A stretch of 64,000 nt of DNA from Eledone cirrhosa (GCA_964016885.1 CAXHJY010000044.1:1-64000), one strand, 5' to 3'; positions 41,106-56,090 are shown, counted from the stretch's first letter. Notes: generated by a model not told the origin, from the letters alone. A program made the numbers and translations.

Positions 41106-42048
41106 TATACACACACTATATATACATATATACACACACGCACAGATAGTGTCATAATGTCGTAATGCAGACAGCCAGACATACAGACAGATATTATAAG
41201 GGCGCAACGTTGTAGCTATGTATCTATCTAAAAAGACAGACTAAGAAAAATAGAGAGATCGCTAACCGGCGCCCAATGCGGTCCCTAGGGCATTGAACAT
41301 TTGAAATATTTTTTGCTCAAAATACTCACACGACCATAAGTATCACATGTGTAAAGTTTGAAAAATATCGGTTAGGTGGTTCTCAGACAGACAGACATCC
41401 TCTGTTTTAGATACATAGATTATATATATAGACACACACACACACATACATAATACATACATACATACATACACACATATATATATATATATACATATTA
41501 ACTGAACGTTAAGTTCCACTTCAGATAGATGTCACACACACACATATACCCCCCCCCCACACACACAGATATATATATACACACACACACCATACACACA
41601 CACATGTATTATATATTAAACACAAACACACAAACACAGACACACAAACATTAATATATATCTATATATATCTTTATATAGAAATGACATCTACAGGACT
41701 AGAACTATTTCATTCATATGAAGTCATATGAAATTGTTCGGTAACGTTATTTAAAGCTTCTTTGGAATAAATGTTGAGAAGGGTGAGATTTGATATGAGG
41801 GGATTGAGGGGAGGAAGAGGGTAGTGAAGAAGACAATAGAGTGAAATTGAAGTAGATGAGGCAGAAAAAAGGAAGAAGGAGGAGAAGGAGGAGGAGAAAA
41901 AATAACGATAATAATGGAAGAGCTGATCGATAATAGTTCATAATTTCTATATGTGACCCTGAGCCAATACTCTGCGAAACCCGAGTAACATCGATGCACA
42001 ATAAAATCTAAATACATGTTAACAGAACTTCATCGTTTGTATTAATAG

Positions 42049-42300
42049 CTCTTCCAACGTATCTCCTTTACCATACCCCGGGGAAACGCCTTCTCCACTG
42101 TGTCCGCCGGGGCTGAGGGGAGGTCAGCACGTGGGACCCCATTTGCTCACCATACGGTGAGACGGGGAGGACGAGAGAGATGAAGGCAATGACAGTGGGA
42201 GTCCGGCTCTTCCACGTTCGGACTATATCTTTGTGGTTGTGTACACTCTGCCTGTATATCGAGTGTTTGTTTTGGTACCACCTCCAGTAACTCAGTGAAT
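42049..42300 (+). mobile_element. CRE-like non-LTR retrotransposon 3' end
   Basis: LFQRISFTIPRGNAFSTVSAGAE, homologous to 46912-47100. Confidence 0.65.
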
Positions 42301-42360
42301 CACAGTAATTTAGTGAATCACGTACACTATATACATATTTTTTTCATTACCATTATAAGG

Positions 42361-42445
42361 GGTCTGACGAGCCGTGGATTACAGAGTCGGGCTAGATCGA
42401 TACAGATCGAACCTTGTGCTGTTCAGTGGCGAAACGCACGTCACC
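42361..42445 (+). ncRNA. Type I hammerhead ribozyme with long stem II
   Basis: GGU-CUGACGA-GCCG...UGGC-GAAAC-GCAC-GUC-ACC, then AATAAA. Confidence 0.8.
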
Positions 42446-42617
42446 AACCAATAAACGTAATGAAGGAATAACCACTCGTACTTGTTTTATTTTACTATAA
42501 TACACTCTGTCTAGCTCTACACCTCGACACAGAAGTGAACCTAAACATCGAGTGCTCACCCCGATGAACCTACAGTAACTCCAAGTTACACTCCCTGGAT
42601 ATATATATATATATATA

Positions 42618-45370
42618 GGATAACAAATTATCGTTATAGGTAATCCAGTTAGAGGTTGTGAATACTCCGTATTGTGGATAGTTTTAGTGTACGGCGTTGT
42701 GTGACTCATCAAGAGGTTTCTTTAGGTAGCGAGTTTGTGAGTTCTCGGGAATTCCTGTGCAGGTTAATCTTGGCGTATTAATAGTGAAAGAGTGAACAAT
42801 AGCTTGGTCAACAGTACAAAAAGGGTTTTATTTACAGTATTAACAATTGTTTAATTGATTACGTTGTCTAAAATTGCTAATCACTTGAAGTTGTGTTACT
42901 TAATTTTAAATACAATGCATGCTTAACCAAATCATCAGAAAAACTGATTAAAATTATACACGGCGTTTGTAATATACTAAGAAAATTCAAATCACATCAT
43001 CATTAATAAAGAAAGAAAAAGAAAAAAAAAAAGAAAAAGAGGGAGAGAAAAAGAAAGGAGAAAAAAGAAAAGAGAAAAAAGAAAAGAGAAAAAAGAAAAG
43101 AGAAAAAAGAAAAGAGAAAAAAGAAAAAAAGATAAAGAAAAATAATAAATAAATAATAATAAATAAGTTAGAATGAAGATGATAAAAAAATAAAAAAATA
43201 AATTTTTATGTGTGCGAAGAAAAGTGAACATAATATGATTGTTGAAAATAGTTGTGGTGTTGGTGGTTAAAATATTAAGATATGATGGTATAACATGAAC
43301 ATACTAAATATATACATATATGTCATGGTTAAATTAATAAATTAATAAATTGGAAGTTATGTTAGAAGTGAAGAGAATACGAAATGATATAATGTAAGAG
43401 GTGAAATAGATTTAGGGAAAGAGAGTGAAAGAGAGAAAAGTTAGGTGGTTATGATGTTGATTCAGTGATTAGTTGATTTATTGACAGTTAATAATAATAA
43501 TAATGGGTTATTATAATAGATTCAGGGGGTACAGTTTGAATTATGGAATTGTTGGTTTGAATCAAGTTGGTTTGAAATTAGCGAATTTAGTAGCTGCTTT
43601 ATGCCTACAGAAAATTGACCTTTCTATTTTGCTGTTAAGCAGCATTTTATCATATTTTAAAATATGGAGCAACTCCATATTGCAAAGTCTGCAGTGGAAC
43701 ATTCCATTTTTGTAGGCATTTGCCCCTGACAGTTTCGACCAGCTAATCCAGTATTCTTGGTTTGTATCTTTAAGTTGCCAGATTTTATTGGCGAGCGTTG
43801 TTGTGTGCATTAGTCTACGGTTATTTATAGAGTGTCTGTGGACGTACCATCATTTTTTGAACTCTCCCAATGTAGAACCTATGTAGTGCCATGCTAAGTT
43901 GCCTGAATTTATAGTACACAGGTACACTATATTTGACTCCAGGCATCTATTTTGTAGTTGGCACTTATCCGGTAAGTGACAGTTACGTTTTGAGGCCTTC
44001 CTGTGTGCCGGTTTACCGATGCGGTTTTGTATATTGTTATGTATGGGCTGAGATTTGGGTTTGTTGATGTTTTGTTGTGATGCGTTCTGACGTGTGTGTG
44101 GTTGTGACGTTGTTATGTGTTTGTATTTTGTATTTGGTGTTATGGTGTTTGTTTGTAGGTTATTTTCATTAGAGATTCTTTGATAGTAATTTTATGTATG
44201 TGTGATTCTATGTTGGTTGCAGTAGAGTAAGATAGTTTGATAGTATTTCTATTAAAGATTTTATGGTACTTGTGAAGTTTAGGGAAGTGCTTGTCAATTA
44301 ATTTAAAGAATGTAGAAGTTATTTTGGTTTTTATAGAGGAGTTAAATATTAGATTGAACCATAAGTATTTCTTATCTCTGGATTTTCTATAGTTCCTAGG
44401 GATCCTTATATTAGTATTCGGTTCATTTATTTCTGGTGCTCGTTGTCTATTTCTATGTTTAGTCCTATATTTGTTATTTATATAGGTGTGGGTGGTGTTA
44501 TTGCTGTTAAGTGTGTTGTTGTTTGTATGTGGTATGTATTTGAGCCTCTCCTCCTGGCCTGCCTTAAGTAAAGCTATATTGTAGTAGTTCGCGTTTTCAT
44601 TAAAAATCTCTAGGTTAGAAGATAAGCGTGAAATTCTAAGGGATATACTATGGGCTATGGAGTTAATTATGGTGCGAGGGTGATTTGAGTTATAACTAAT
44701 GTAGGCTAGATTTTCGTTATTTTTATGGAAGGGCTCTATTGAGAGATACATCCAAGAAGATAGCTTTTTTAAAGTTGAGTTCGAAGGTGATGCCTAGGAC
44801 TACGTAGTTTATTGAAGAAGGTTCTAATCTTTTTATGTAATCTTTCCATGTTTGATTATTCAAGTTTTTAGCTAAAAGTAGAGTATCGTCTCTATAAATT
44901 CCTCCCTGGCGGTTATCAAATTCCTTATGTAAGTTATGCGCTATATATATTCCAACCATGTCTGTTACTTGAGCTGAGTCGTTAGATCCCATAGTGATAT
45001 TAAAGCTATTCTGTCTGTTTTTTCTTTCCCAGTAACTATTATCGAACCTAATGAAAGTACTTCTAGCAGCTAGTATTATTCTAATTTCATTAGAGGATAG
45101 GTCCGAGATTTTCTGTGCAAAGGTTAGTGCCTTATTTAGGGTGACTGGGTAAATAGAGGAATAGTAGTCATTGATGTCAAACTGTATGAAGTCGGATGTT
45201 TCCTTATTGTCTAATTTGCTAAACCAATCTATTGCTTCGTTAGTGTTACCCCAAAGCTTAATTATTAGTTTGTCTTTAATTTGTGGTATTCTATCTAGTA
45301 TATACTTGTTATTTCTACCTTTATCCGATTTCGATGGACATATTAATCTAATAGTGGGGTCAGTATAATC
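42618..45370 (-). mobile_element. 5'-truncated Penelope-like element (RT, GIY-YIG, 3' UTR, pLTR with HHR 42835-42946)
   Basis: FIQFDINDYYSSI, MGSNDSAQ, GIYRDDTL, FLDVSL; NIVYLC..HYIGST; CRLCNMEL; HHR CUGAUGA...UAAAC-AAUU-GUU (G12 mutated); frameshifted. Confidence 0.9.
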
Positions 45371-45530
45371 ACCCAGAAACATTAGTGTCTGCAGTTCTGT
45401 TTACATGCCAACACACGGGCAAGAATGAGGGCTCATTCTACTGATATGGCTTAAAAAAAGAGGCTGTTTGCATAATTGGAAACGAATCGAATATTATTGT
45501 CAATATTCGAAAAACTCAGATTACATTTAT
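45370..45530 (+). mobile_element. Inverted pLTR half of the 40700-41035 family joined to the PLE 5' truncation point
   Basis: gaaacattagtgtctgcagttctg...attcgaaaaactcagatt matches 40844-41000. Confidence 0.75.
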
Positions 45531-46911
45531 ATATATGTGTGTGTCTGTCTGTGTGTTTGTGTGTCTGTCTGTGCGTGCGTGCGTGCGTGCGTGTGTGTGT
45601 GTATGTGTGTTTTGAATGGTTAAAAATGACTCCGCCACTATGTAACTGCTTTAGTTGCAACACACAGTCTCATATCAAGTCACTTGCCAAACATACACAG
45701 CTATGAATTTTTCGTTTTATTTCTGTTCAATTAGAAGTTTAATAGATTTTTACGACTAATCTTAAAATACCAAAGAAGACATTGGGAAGGAAAATGTTCC
45801 TCAATTTATACCATCAAGCGCCATTTTCATTAATTGAATACATTGAAATATAAATAAAATTGGTCGATCAATAAATATACATCTCAAGAGTCCAACTAGA
45901 AAGTAATTGATCTTTCATCGGTTGTACGATGAGCATTCAGTTATTCATTCAACTGAACATCCTACTAATAAATTAACGTATACGTGGTTGGATATTCTAC
46001 AGATACGTGTGCACTTAATTTAATTGCCAAACTGAATTAGCAAACCCATCCCACCCGACAGGCTTTCACAGTTTCCGTTTATCCAATTCTTATTCACGAT
46101 TTTTACGTCGATCCGAGGCTATAGTAAATAAATTTAGCCAATATTCGGCCCCATAGGATCGAAATCAGGACCACACTGTTGACAAGTGATCTTCACAAAC
46201 AGTCAGCTCTCTCTGCATCTATCTAGAGTGAATAAAAAATTAAATAATATCATGTGTAAACAGAACTACGCTGTTAAAAAATTTCTGTCATTTGTTAGCT
46301 ATTTATATACAACTTTACTACTACTAAGTTTGTATAATTGGCATTTTCGTTTCGATAATTTCATCACAACTTTTCTTCTCCATTGAACCAGCCTTTTCAT
46401 CTATATGTTTAATGCTACAGCAGTTTATTGAACGAGTCAAAATTTGAAATATTTTGAAATAAAATTACAGTAGATGTCGTTGAATAAAATATAGTCGTCA
46501 TAAAAATAATTATGATACTAATTGAAGTTGAAAAATAATAGACTGTAGTTGAAAAATACATCTCCGTAGTTCATGAATGGGGAAAATTAACTATCAGACT
46601 TGAACGGTGCTATTAAACTTCAATCGAGTAAATGAACTCTCAAATCTACATTTTTTTTTAGAAAAAAAAGATTAAATATGTCCAAATAATAATAGTGTCT
46701 TTAAAAATTGGTTTGATCTGGAGGATGGAACTGTATTCATGGCCGTCGCAGATCCTTCAAGACCGTTGAGGTTGATTATGTTAACGTTCCACTTAAAATA
46801 GTTTAAATCGATAGATACAAGAAAAACTTATTGTGCTTGGCTCTTAAATCCTTCAGGAAAAAAATCTGTATATATATATGTGTGTATCTGACTGATAAAA
46901 TGACAAGTCAG

Positions 46912-47100
46912 TCAATCATATCCGTAGCCTCCCACAGCCCCGGCGGACAGAATGTTTCCTCGGAGGACGGCAAGGGAGACGCGCTGGAAAAGCCGTTCCA
47001 GCTCGCGAGGCACACACCTGCAGCTGGCCAGCTCAGCGCCTATGGTGGTGAGTAGGGAGGTAACCCTAGGGCCAAGGACTACAGAAGTCTCCACTGCCAA
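46912..47100 (-). mobile_element. CRE-like retrotransposon RLE endonuclease C-terminus
   Basis: AVETSVVLGP...LFQRVSLAVLRGN. Confidence 0.75.
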
Positions 47101-47448
47101 AGAAAAATATGTGCAAGAAAAATATCTACAAGAAAAATATGTGCATAGAAGAATTTCCAGAGGAACAACGTTTTGTCAAAGAAGGGCTGAACGTAATGGT
47201 TAGTGTGAGCCACGCAGAGTGGGTGGGTAAGCATGGTGATGAGAGGAGGAAAAACATGTGGGTCGGGAATGCCGGAGTGGAGGTGATGTGACCATTTAAA
47301 TTCGAAGAACTAAAGTTACTTTCCTATCGGTAGAAACAACTGGAAATGAATTTGTGAGCGATTTCATCCTACTCAGTCGAGAGGAATTACTATTCTTGTT
47401 AATTAGACATACTGTAACGTGTTTCCAAATGGGGAGATATATACCTCA

Positions 47449-47503
<55 letters not shown>

Positions 47504-47556
47504 GAGGAGGGGAGGGGGAGAGAGAGGAGATAAAGAGGGAATATATATATATATAT

Positions 47557-47682
47557 AGTAATAATAATAAATTTGAAGACTAAAATCCAAAGAGGGCTCG
47601 ATAAGGATAAATATGAGTTTCAGAAGATCCCGTTAAGGGTGAAATCAGCGATTCTTTGCTTAAACTTTAATCTGTTATTTTA

Positions 47683-47690
<8 letters not shown>
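47557..47690. mobile_element. Left-arm-deleted version of the 61547-61772 fold-back
   Basis: Same tail and right arm; CAGAAGA-uccc..aggg-u-GAAAUC-agc-GAUU. Confidence 0.75.
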
Positions 47691-47730
<40 letters not shown>

Positions 47731-49099
47731 CGGAAAGAGAGAGAGGAGAGTTTGTTGACGATTCGGGGTAGATGATATATGTCTCTGATTAATTATTCAA
47801 TCACACTCTGTCCACTCTCATACGCATACACGCTATATATGCATAACTATGACTCTACATGACCAAAAGAAGGCGATGAGATATCTACATATTGAATTAT
47901 AGCAATATACATGTGCATGACAAGCATGCCACTCTATATATCTAGATTTAAATGCTCAGTAATAAGCAGAAGTAAAATGGCTGAAATTATTTTGAAAACA
48001 TTTTATATTGGCAGGATGGATCGAGAGGATTCTCGAGAACCTTTTCAATAAAAGGATACTCCCAAATCAGTATGGTTTGATTTTGAAGTTTACCTTCTGC
48101 AAGGTTTTATTTTATTTTCGTGAGTGTAATCACTTATTTGGGTATATCTACAACCCGGCGCAATTATGTACACGAAAAATTTCACGAACATCAGACTTTC
48201 TTAAAAATAAAAACAAAAATACTCCAGTAATAGGAATGCTGCAGATCTTCCTTGTGATATATATGTAGACAACAATTAATTTATTTTATCCTTCTTTACT
48301 TCGATTTCAACCAATTCATTTATTGGCAACAATAAAAAACAGTAAACAAAGAATAACAATAGAATTACCCAATATATATTAATTTACTAAAGGTTTTTTT
48401 AATTTAGCCATTTAATTTATTTCTAAATAATTCTTTAAAGCACCAGTAAATACTCTGAACGGGAAGTAGCGAAAAAAAAAAAAAAAAGAATATATTGTGA
48501 TATAAATCTATACTTATTATCAAGCAAATTATACATAATATAAAATCCGTTATAAACTGTCTTTTGTTAGATGTTTCAAAGTAAACAACTTGAACAAACA
48601 CAACCATACGTTCATTATATTCTAACTTTTGATAGTGTTTTCATTAGCTGGAATAATTTTAATCGGCTTATCACATAACAGATAACTAATTATTTTGGAT
48701 ATTTGAATGTAAATACTTCATGAAAGATATTAAAAAAATCAATGACTTAAGCAGATTTTGGTGTTATAGTTATTCCTAATCAGCTTCTTTTAAGCAGATC
48801 TAACGGCGCAATGGTAGGTGATGAATATATTCTCCTTACTGAATAGCACGTGTCTTTTATTGGTTATTTTTTAAAGATTGGTTGGGTGGAATGGTTTCTA
48901 CTCAATCGTTTAATCACACTCTATGGCAGTATAATATTGATATGGTTTGTGCTCATCTTGAATAACTGCAAGTCACGGAATTCAGGAAAACATGGACAGG
49001 GAAGGATTTATAGAAGATTGACGTTCGGGGTGGGAGTGGTGGACTTAGGCATAGTTGTTAATGCGTGTTATTGTGGCACCAAATACAATATGGGCGACG

Positions 49100-49600
49100 A
49101 GAGGTGGAGAGACGAGGAGATAATATATGACCCTAAATAAAGATGGCATGAGATTAGCTAATTCCTAGAAGCAGAGGACATTGTTGTGGTGGGCAAAAAA
49201 GCAAGACAAAGTGACTATGCATTTGGGGATCCCAGGCTATAGTGTGTTGGTGAGAGGCATCATGATTTGGGAGCACTCCTCTATTGAGGTTCATATGTGG
49301 CTTCTATAGAGTTAGCAAATGTTGAGAGTTGAAGCATTTTCTAATTGTAAAGAGCTTGGTTAATGTTTGTAATGCAGTTTCCTCTAGGTCGTGATAATAT
49401 CATCACGGGGAGCGGTCATTACTGGTTGGGAAGCCGAACAATAATAACAACATTGAACAATTTTAGATGTCCATGATCAGGCATTTTTCTTTGACTTGTA
49501 CAGCCTTAATATCAAGCCATAAGTCGTATAATGCAATCTATTGTTCAGTGCTTGATTGATTTCAATGCATTGTGGTAATCGAAAAATATTTTACTCTTAG
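49100..49600 (-). pseudogene. Very degraded LINE RT relic
   Basis: IFFDYHNALKSIKH, NRGV..LSP and LLFAH resemble RT motifs; many stops. Confidence 0.35.
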
Positions 49601-52085
49601 GTTTATTCATATATCATCAAACATATTGACTGCTGGGAACCGTAGCAGAAACAGACAGTGTAAAGTCTGTACATGTGAGATCACGTATATTCCTTGAAGA
49701 TTCAATTGATATTGAGGCTAGCATCATAATATTCAATATGATTGGGCAATATTGGCAAGAGATTAAATAGTTCTACACTGAAGACAAGTTATGGGAACTG
49801 TTCAGCAGATTTCAATAATATTTAGGAAATATTTTCCGTTTTTGAAAAGTTATTTAATCCAAAATTCTGGAGAAGAAAATATTTTAAGTCTCCAACAAAC
49901 TTAGCAATGCATAAGGACTATAGATGTTTTTACATCCAAGTGACTGGAGGAATCAAACAGTTAAAGTAGAAGCAGCATAGAGAATAAAGGAGTATGAAAA
50001 TATTGAAGAACTGGAATTAGAGGGAAGAGCCTATAATTTGGAGTTTTCTAAGTGTTTATGCAGATTTAACAATGAGGGAGGAACCTGGATCAAAGTTATA
50101 TTTAGACTCGACTGTGTGGTTCAGAAACCAACGGCATAGTTTCTGATTCAATCTCACAGCGTAGTACTTTGAGCAAGTATCTTCTGCCGTTGCCTCAGGT
50201 GGGTCAAATCATCATTAGGAATTACATTTGAATAACTGCTCCAGCTGAACCTTAGATTTCTTTAGTGAAGCCTACTATGCTGCATGCATTCAGGTCAGGT
50301 ATTCTGAATGAGGTTAACTCCCGCATAATTGCTCAACAGCCCCAGAGGCCCTGGAATAAAGCGTTAAACTTTATCTAAGACATTACAAAAAATGTCTAAG
50401 GCTTTCATATATTTTAGTTATCAAACATGTCTAAGCAAATAAAAATATTTACCATGATGTCTCAATATTTTACATTGATGTGTAAACAGGTAGAACTGCA
50501 AGCTTTAACAATAATAACAACAACAATGACAAGGCAAACTTATATACAACAAAAACGACAACAGCATCAACAACAAAACAACGACAATATCTTTGAACTT
50601 AGGAGAATAAGCCCATGGCAAATCTGTAGGAAAGATATTGACAACAACAAAACAGGAGATAGCATGACATATCTATTAGAAGATACTTTTACAGAATAGA
50701 AATCCTCACTGATGTATGATATAATAGCAAAACTTTGTATCAAGAGATATGGAAAATATTATCTTTTCCATGAGATACGACGAGGAATATATTGTTTAAC
50801 AGAAGCCCTAAATTTCCATATCCCAAGGCCTCTTTCAGCAGCATCACACATGATTTATTAGAAGTTGCATATGAATGGTTACTTAGGTAGGCGTTAACGG
50901 AAGAATTTAATACTTTGTTTTTGCCAGCCGTTTTTTGTTTTTGCAATGATATTAAGGATGTAGTATTTTTAAAACTATATTTCTTTTTGCAAATATCCAA
51001 CACATTCAATGTAGAATGTCCTCTTCGATAGTTCGAGACATGTTGACAGATTTTGCTGTTTTAGGTGTTCGAAAATTTGTATACAAGAAATGTTCCATAT
51101 GATTATGAAGAATTGTGAACATAAAAATATTGTTATCTGTTATATTATAGAAACGTCATAGCGCTTGACTTGTGGCGTTGTATTCGTGTTCATAAAAAAA
51201 AACTATTGGGAAACACTTTATGGCTTAACCGAAAAAAAATAAATAAACATAGAACCAGAAAGACTTAAATGATAACTGATATGTGAAGTTAGAATTCCTT
51301 TACACACTGCTTGTTAAAAAAACCCAACATAACTTTGTACATTTTGAAAGTTTTTACATATCCACCGCCCATAAATTCTGCATTTGATAGAGATAAAAAC
51401 ATACGATCATAATCAGTGAAAGAGCCTCTACGTGGCTGCTGAATATGCTAGAAATAGTAGCCAAATCTATTGCAAATCACATTCTATCATTTTGAAAAAT
51501 GCAGGACACATTCGATAATGTAGTTCTGGACATAATATCTAGAACTTCATTATCTAACACGTCCTCCATTTTTTAAGATGGTAGAATAGGGAGGTTCAGG
51601 CTAACACTACAGATAGAAAAGATCCGTATCCTTCTCGCAAACTAAGTAGAAACAGTGAACATCTCGGATTCAATACACAAAATATGTATATGTCAAATAA
51701 CCGAAATTCAAACTTCACTACGTTTGAAAGTCTATCGCACATAGTGCAAGGAAGCTTCAGGATTTGCTTGTATCACAGAAACGGTGTTTCTGACTATTTA
51801 GACTTGAGACATTGGAGTTTTGACAAACGAGCATACTGACTATTGACCCTCCTGATGTTGCTCTTTCATTTTAAGTCTCCATTCTGTATCATTGAAATTC
51901 GGCAATATCCATCCTTAATCGAGATATTATTCTTACAATTATTTAACTGAAAAAATTCAGTTTACATTCATTTTATTGCCTGATTGTGTACGGGGATTTC
52001 CCGAGATGAAGTTTGGGGATATGTAATGGAGAATTAACACGAAAGAATATTATATAACCCCCCCCCCATCCACACACATAAATAT

Positions 52086-52116
<31 letters not shown>

Positions 52117-52122
52117 GTATTA

Positions 52123-52307
52123 TAATTGTTTCTACTTTTGGCACAAGGCCACCAATTACCCAGTGTATTACTGGTACTTTATTTTATCGACCCCATAAGG
52201 ATGAAAGGCAAAGTTAACCTCGGCGGGATTTGAACTCAGAATGGCAAGGGCCGTAACTCTATGCGTCAAAGCATGGCGTCCGATCCTCTACCGATACTGC
52301 GAATCCA
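52123..52307 (-). mobile_element. tRNA-derived SINE S1
   Basis: Colinear with other copies. Confidence 0.9.
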
Positions 52308-52489
52308 TGAAATTAAGTTGGTTATTTATGTTCTGATTATGTACGGAGATCGCCGATATAATATTAGATGTTAAATTGCTAAAGTCTCCTGTAAGGAAAA
52401 AATAGAGAGAGAAAGTAAGAGGAGGAAGATGAAGGACATAAAGAGAGAATAAAGAGAGAAGAGAGAACGAGAGAAAGAATAGAAATATG

Positions 52490-52650
52490 TATGTGGAAGA
52501 GCTCAAGCCGTTTCGACGGCTATTTCCGTCGAAACGGCTTGAGCTCTGCCGTCGGGATTAAACATTTTCCTATTACCCACTCTACTACCCTAAGTATTGA
52601 GTACACTGGTGCGTTATGGTCGATCTGGTTCCTTACCACATTTCCTATAT
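52490..52650. mobile_element. Short dispersed repeat with a 48-bp hairpin; relatives at 14160-14275, 26250-26450 and 11140-11190
   Basis: gagctcaagccgtttcgacgg/ccgtcgaaacggcttgagctc; 52560-52650 is the reverse complement of 14165-14250. Confidence 0.6.
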
Positions 52651-52791
52651 ATACATGTATATATACATACACATATATTAATAACAATAATAATAATAAC
52701 GACAACAACAACAATAATAATATACAAATACATATATATATACACACACACGCAAACACATAAACATATCTATACACACACACGATAACAA

Positions 52792-55700
52792 CTAACAGCG
52801 CTGCGATCGAATGTGGCTTTTTAGCCCAGCCAATGATCTAAAATGTCTTGCACAGAGTCGGCAACCAAAACATTCAATGGGAATAGCCGGCTGTGGTTGG
52901 AGTTCATGTACTTTTACATGTCGCTTGAGCGCTCCTGCTGATTTACATTCTCTACCACATGCTTGGCATGCATGATGAGTAGCATCTCCAACAGCAGCCT
53001 GGTAGTCAACCACTGGTCTTACTTTATGACTGCGAAGATGACTTTCGTGTCCAGCTTTGTTTAGGCAGAGACTCGCACAGACGCTGCATGTCAGCACTAT
53101 AGGAGGACCCTCGCCGTCTGGAAGTGCAACAGCAATGCCCTTCCTCACATCCTGCTTTACTTTCTCGTATGCGATTCGAGATGCCTCAAAGACAACTTTT
53201 CCCTCATATACAGTCTTTCTCCATTTATTACGATCAGCAGCAATATTTTCTCATGTATCAGCAGAGATGTTAGCGTCTTTCAAAGAGGCTTTCAAAGAAT
53301 CCTTATACCTCTTTTTTGGTTTATGTGGCGGTCGTTTTCCTTTAACTAACGCTCCATAAAAGAGTTGTTTTGGTATTCTAGAATCCTTCATCCTTTCCAA
53401 AATCTCGACATCACTGATGTGGTCCCTTCAGTGAACGCCATGGATCCGTCTGAGACACATCTGATGGAAACGCTCCAATTGCTTAAGGTGGTGTCGATAT
53501 GTGACCCAGGTCTCGCAGGCATAAAGAAGACAAGAGAGCACACAAGCCTTGTACTCCTTTACCTTTGTCCTCTTGCATATGTCTCGCCGACCCCAGAGTC
53601 GCCTTTCTAGCTTTCCGAAAGCATCACTTGCTTTCCTAATCCTAAGTGAGATTTCACTATCAAGGTTGCTGTATCGATTGACAGTGCTTCCCAGGTAGAC
53701 AAACTGATCAACCACTCCAAGTCGTTTACCATACACATAGATATTTGGTTCAGTGTACTGCTTACCAGAGGCAGGTTGGTACATGACGACGGTTTTCTTT
53801 AGACTGACAGTCAATCCTAGGGCAGTGCAAGCGTCAGAAAATGCATTCAAAATGTGCTGCATATCACTCTGTGTGTGCGCTACAAGATCGCAATCATCTG
53901 CATACAAGAGGTCTCTTATGATTGATGTAAATACTTTTGTCTTTGCAGCAAAGCGACTGATGTTAAATATGCTGCCTGAGGTTCGATATCGGATGTAAAC
54001 ACCATGCTCGCAATTCCTGAATGCAATACAGAAAACCATTGCAAAGTATATGGCAAAGTATAAGGGTCGGTGCTGGAATATCCCCCCGTTTCACTTCCTT
54101 TTTTTTACTGAGATAGGCTCCGACATGTTACCTCCGACATTAACCCAAGCCTTCATGTCGTCATGGAAAGACGTAACTAAAGCAAGGAACTTATCAGGGC
54201 AACCAAGTTTCTGGAGAACCTTCCATAATACATCTCTGTTGTCAGATCGACAAAAACCTGATACAGATCCAAACCTTGTTCATGCATTTCTCCTGGAGCT
54301 GTCTAGCTGAGAAGATCATATCAGTAGTGCCGCGTCCAGCACGAAAACCAGATTGACTTTCAGGAAGAACACAATCTGAAATGTGTGTCAGCAGACGGTC
54401 CAGAAGCACCCTACATAAAACTTTCCCAACGACAGAAAGCAAAGATATACCTCTGTAGTTCCCACAATCATTCCTAGAGTGAAGATGTTGCAGGAGTCTC
54501 TCACCACCATATTGTAGGAGCTCAGCATGTATGCCATCCATACCTGGAGACTTTCCACTGTTCAGCTTCGAGATAGCTACTGCAACCTCCACAAGCGTCG
54601 GAGTTTCTGCGAGAGCTACTTTCACAGGACTTTCTGGAATGAGATTGAGGAAATCTTTACTGACGACAGACGGCTGATTCAAAAGATCATCAAAGTGCTC
54701 TCGCCACCTTCGTAGAATTCCTTGTGAGTCACGAAGAAGTTCTTTGCCATCCTTGCTGCGAAGCGGTGTCACCAGAGAAGAAGACGGTCCATAAACCTCA
54801 CGCAAGAGACTGTACAACAGCTTTGTGTTATTGGAATCTGACGCAGTTTGTATCTAACCAGCCTTCTCACTCCACCACTCATCTTTCATCTGAGAAAGAC
54901 TCCGCCTAACACGTAATTTTACATCCTTGAGTTCCTTATGCAACGTATTCCTCTCCTGTGGTTTTGCCGTCAAGTAGCGTGACAGAGCATGCCTCTTATC
55001 AGCCAACAAGTCTTCTATATGTACATCATTCTCATTAAACCAGTCCTGATGTTTTCTCTGCACCAATCCCAGAACACGCCTGCCTACATCATAAACCGAC
55101 TTTTTAAGGATCGGCCAATCCTCACCAAGATCTGCAACCTGCATCTCTTCTTCCAATGTCCTCTTCACATTTTTATCCTTAAGACGAGCAGCATTCAATC
55201 TTTTGGGCAGGGCAACACCAGGAGCCCGGATTTTACGTTTAATGATTAGTTTCACTTTTGCGCGTACCAGGCGGTGGTCCGTCCAGCACTCAGCTCCACG
55301 AAGATCACGAACACACTGAACATCCTGTCTGTCACGCATCCTGACTAGGACGTAGTCCAAAAGATGCCATTCCTTAGATCCATGTGGTCTTGAATTTGTT
55401 CTTTTGTTGGAACATGGTGTTGGTAACACACAGATCCAGCTCCTCACACATCTGCAGCAGGGGCATACCATTGTTGTTACACTTTCCCACCCCATGCCTT
55501 CCGTTTACATTCCACGTATTAAAATCCCTACCCACTCTAGCATTAAAGTCACCAAGCACGATGACTTTGTCTGCCTGAGGGATATTTCTTAAAGCACCTT
55601 TCAAGGCATGGTAAAAGGACACTTTTTCTTTTTCGACAGAATTCATAGTTGGAGCATACACACTCACCAGGGCCGCATATCTTCCTTTGTCCAGCGGAAT

Positions 55701-56090
55701 TCTCATGGACATAAGACGCCCACTAATCCCTACTGGGAATTCTTCTAATTTATTCACAAGTACAGTCTTAACAGCAAATCCTACCCCAGCCTCTCTTCTG
55801 GTTCCTTCATCTCTTCCTTTCCAGAAGAATGTATATTCTCCACAAAATTCTGTAAGATGACCATCTCCAGCTAACCTCGTCTCAGATAAAGCTACGATGT
55901 CAAGATCATAACGTCGAAGCTCCTTTGCAACAAGAGCGGTCCTTCGTTCAGGACACTCCAAGGAATCCCTGTCAAGCAGCGTCCGTACGTTCCAGCAGCC
56001 AAGACTAAATGCCTTGTTTGGCTCTATTACAATGGCACGATGACGAGCGGGCCCAGGCTGTGATAACCTGGGGCCCCTGCCCTTATTGCC
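52792..56090 (-). mobile_element. RTE-clade (BovB-like) LINE, near full-length, frameshifted: APE endonuclease, RT, three C2H2 fingers
   Basis: GCWNVRTL, ALSETRL, VYAPT, GDFNARVG, TDHRLV; NYRGISLLS, ESQSGFRAGRGT, LLYADD, FVYLGS; CxxC-x12-HxxxH repeats at the C-terminus. Confidence 0.92.

Noticed and set aside
48015-48069. Possible 55-nt host exon (..tggcag|GATGGA...ATCA|gtatgg)
   Set aside because: Weak polypyrimidine tract, no recognisable protein and no partner exons; needs RNA-seq
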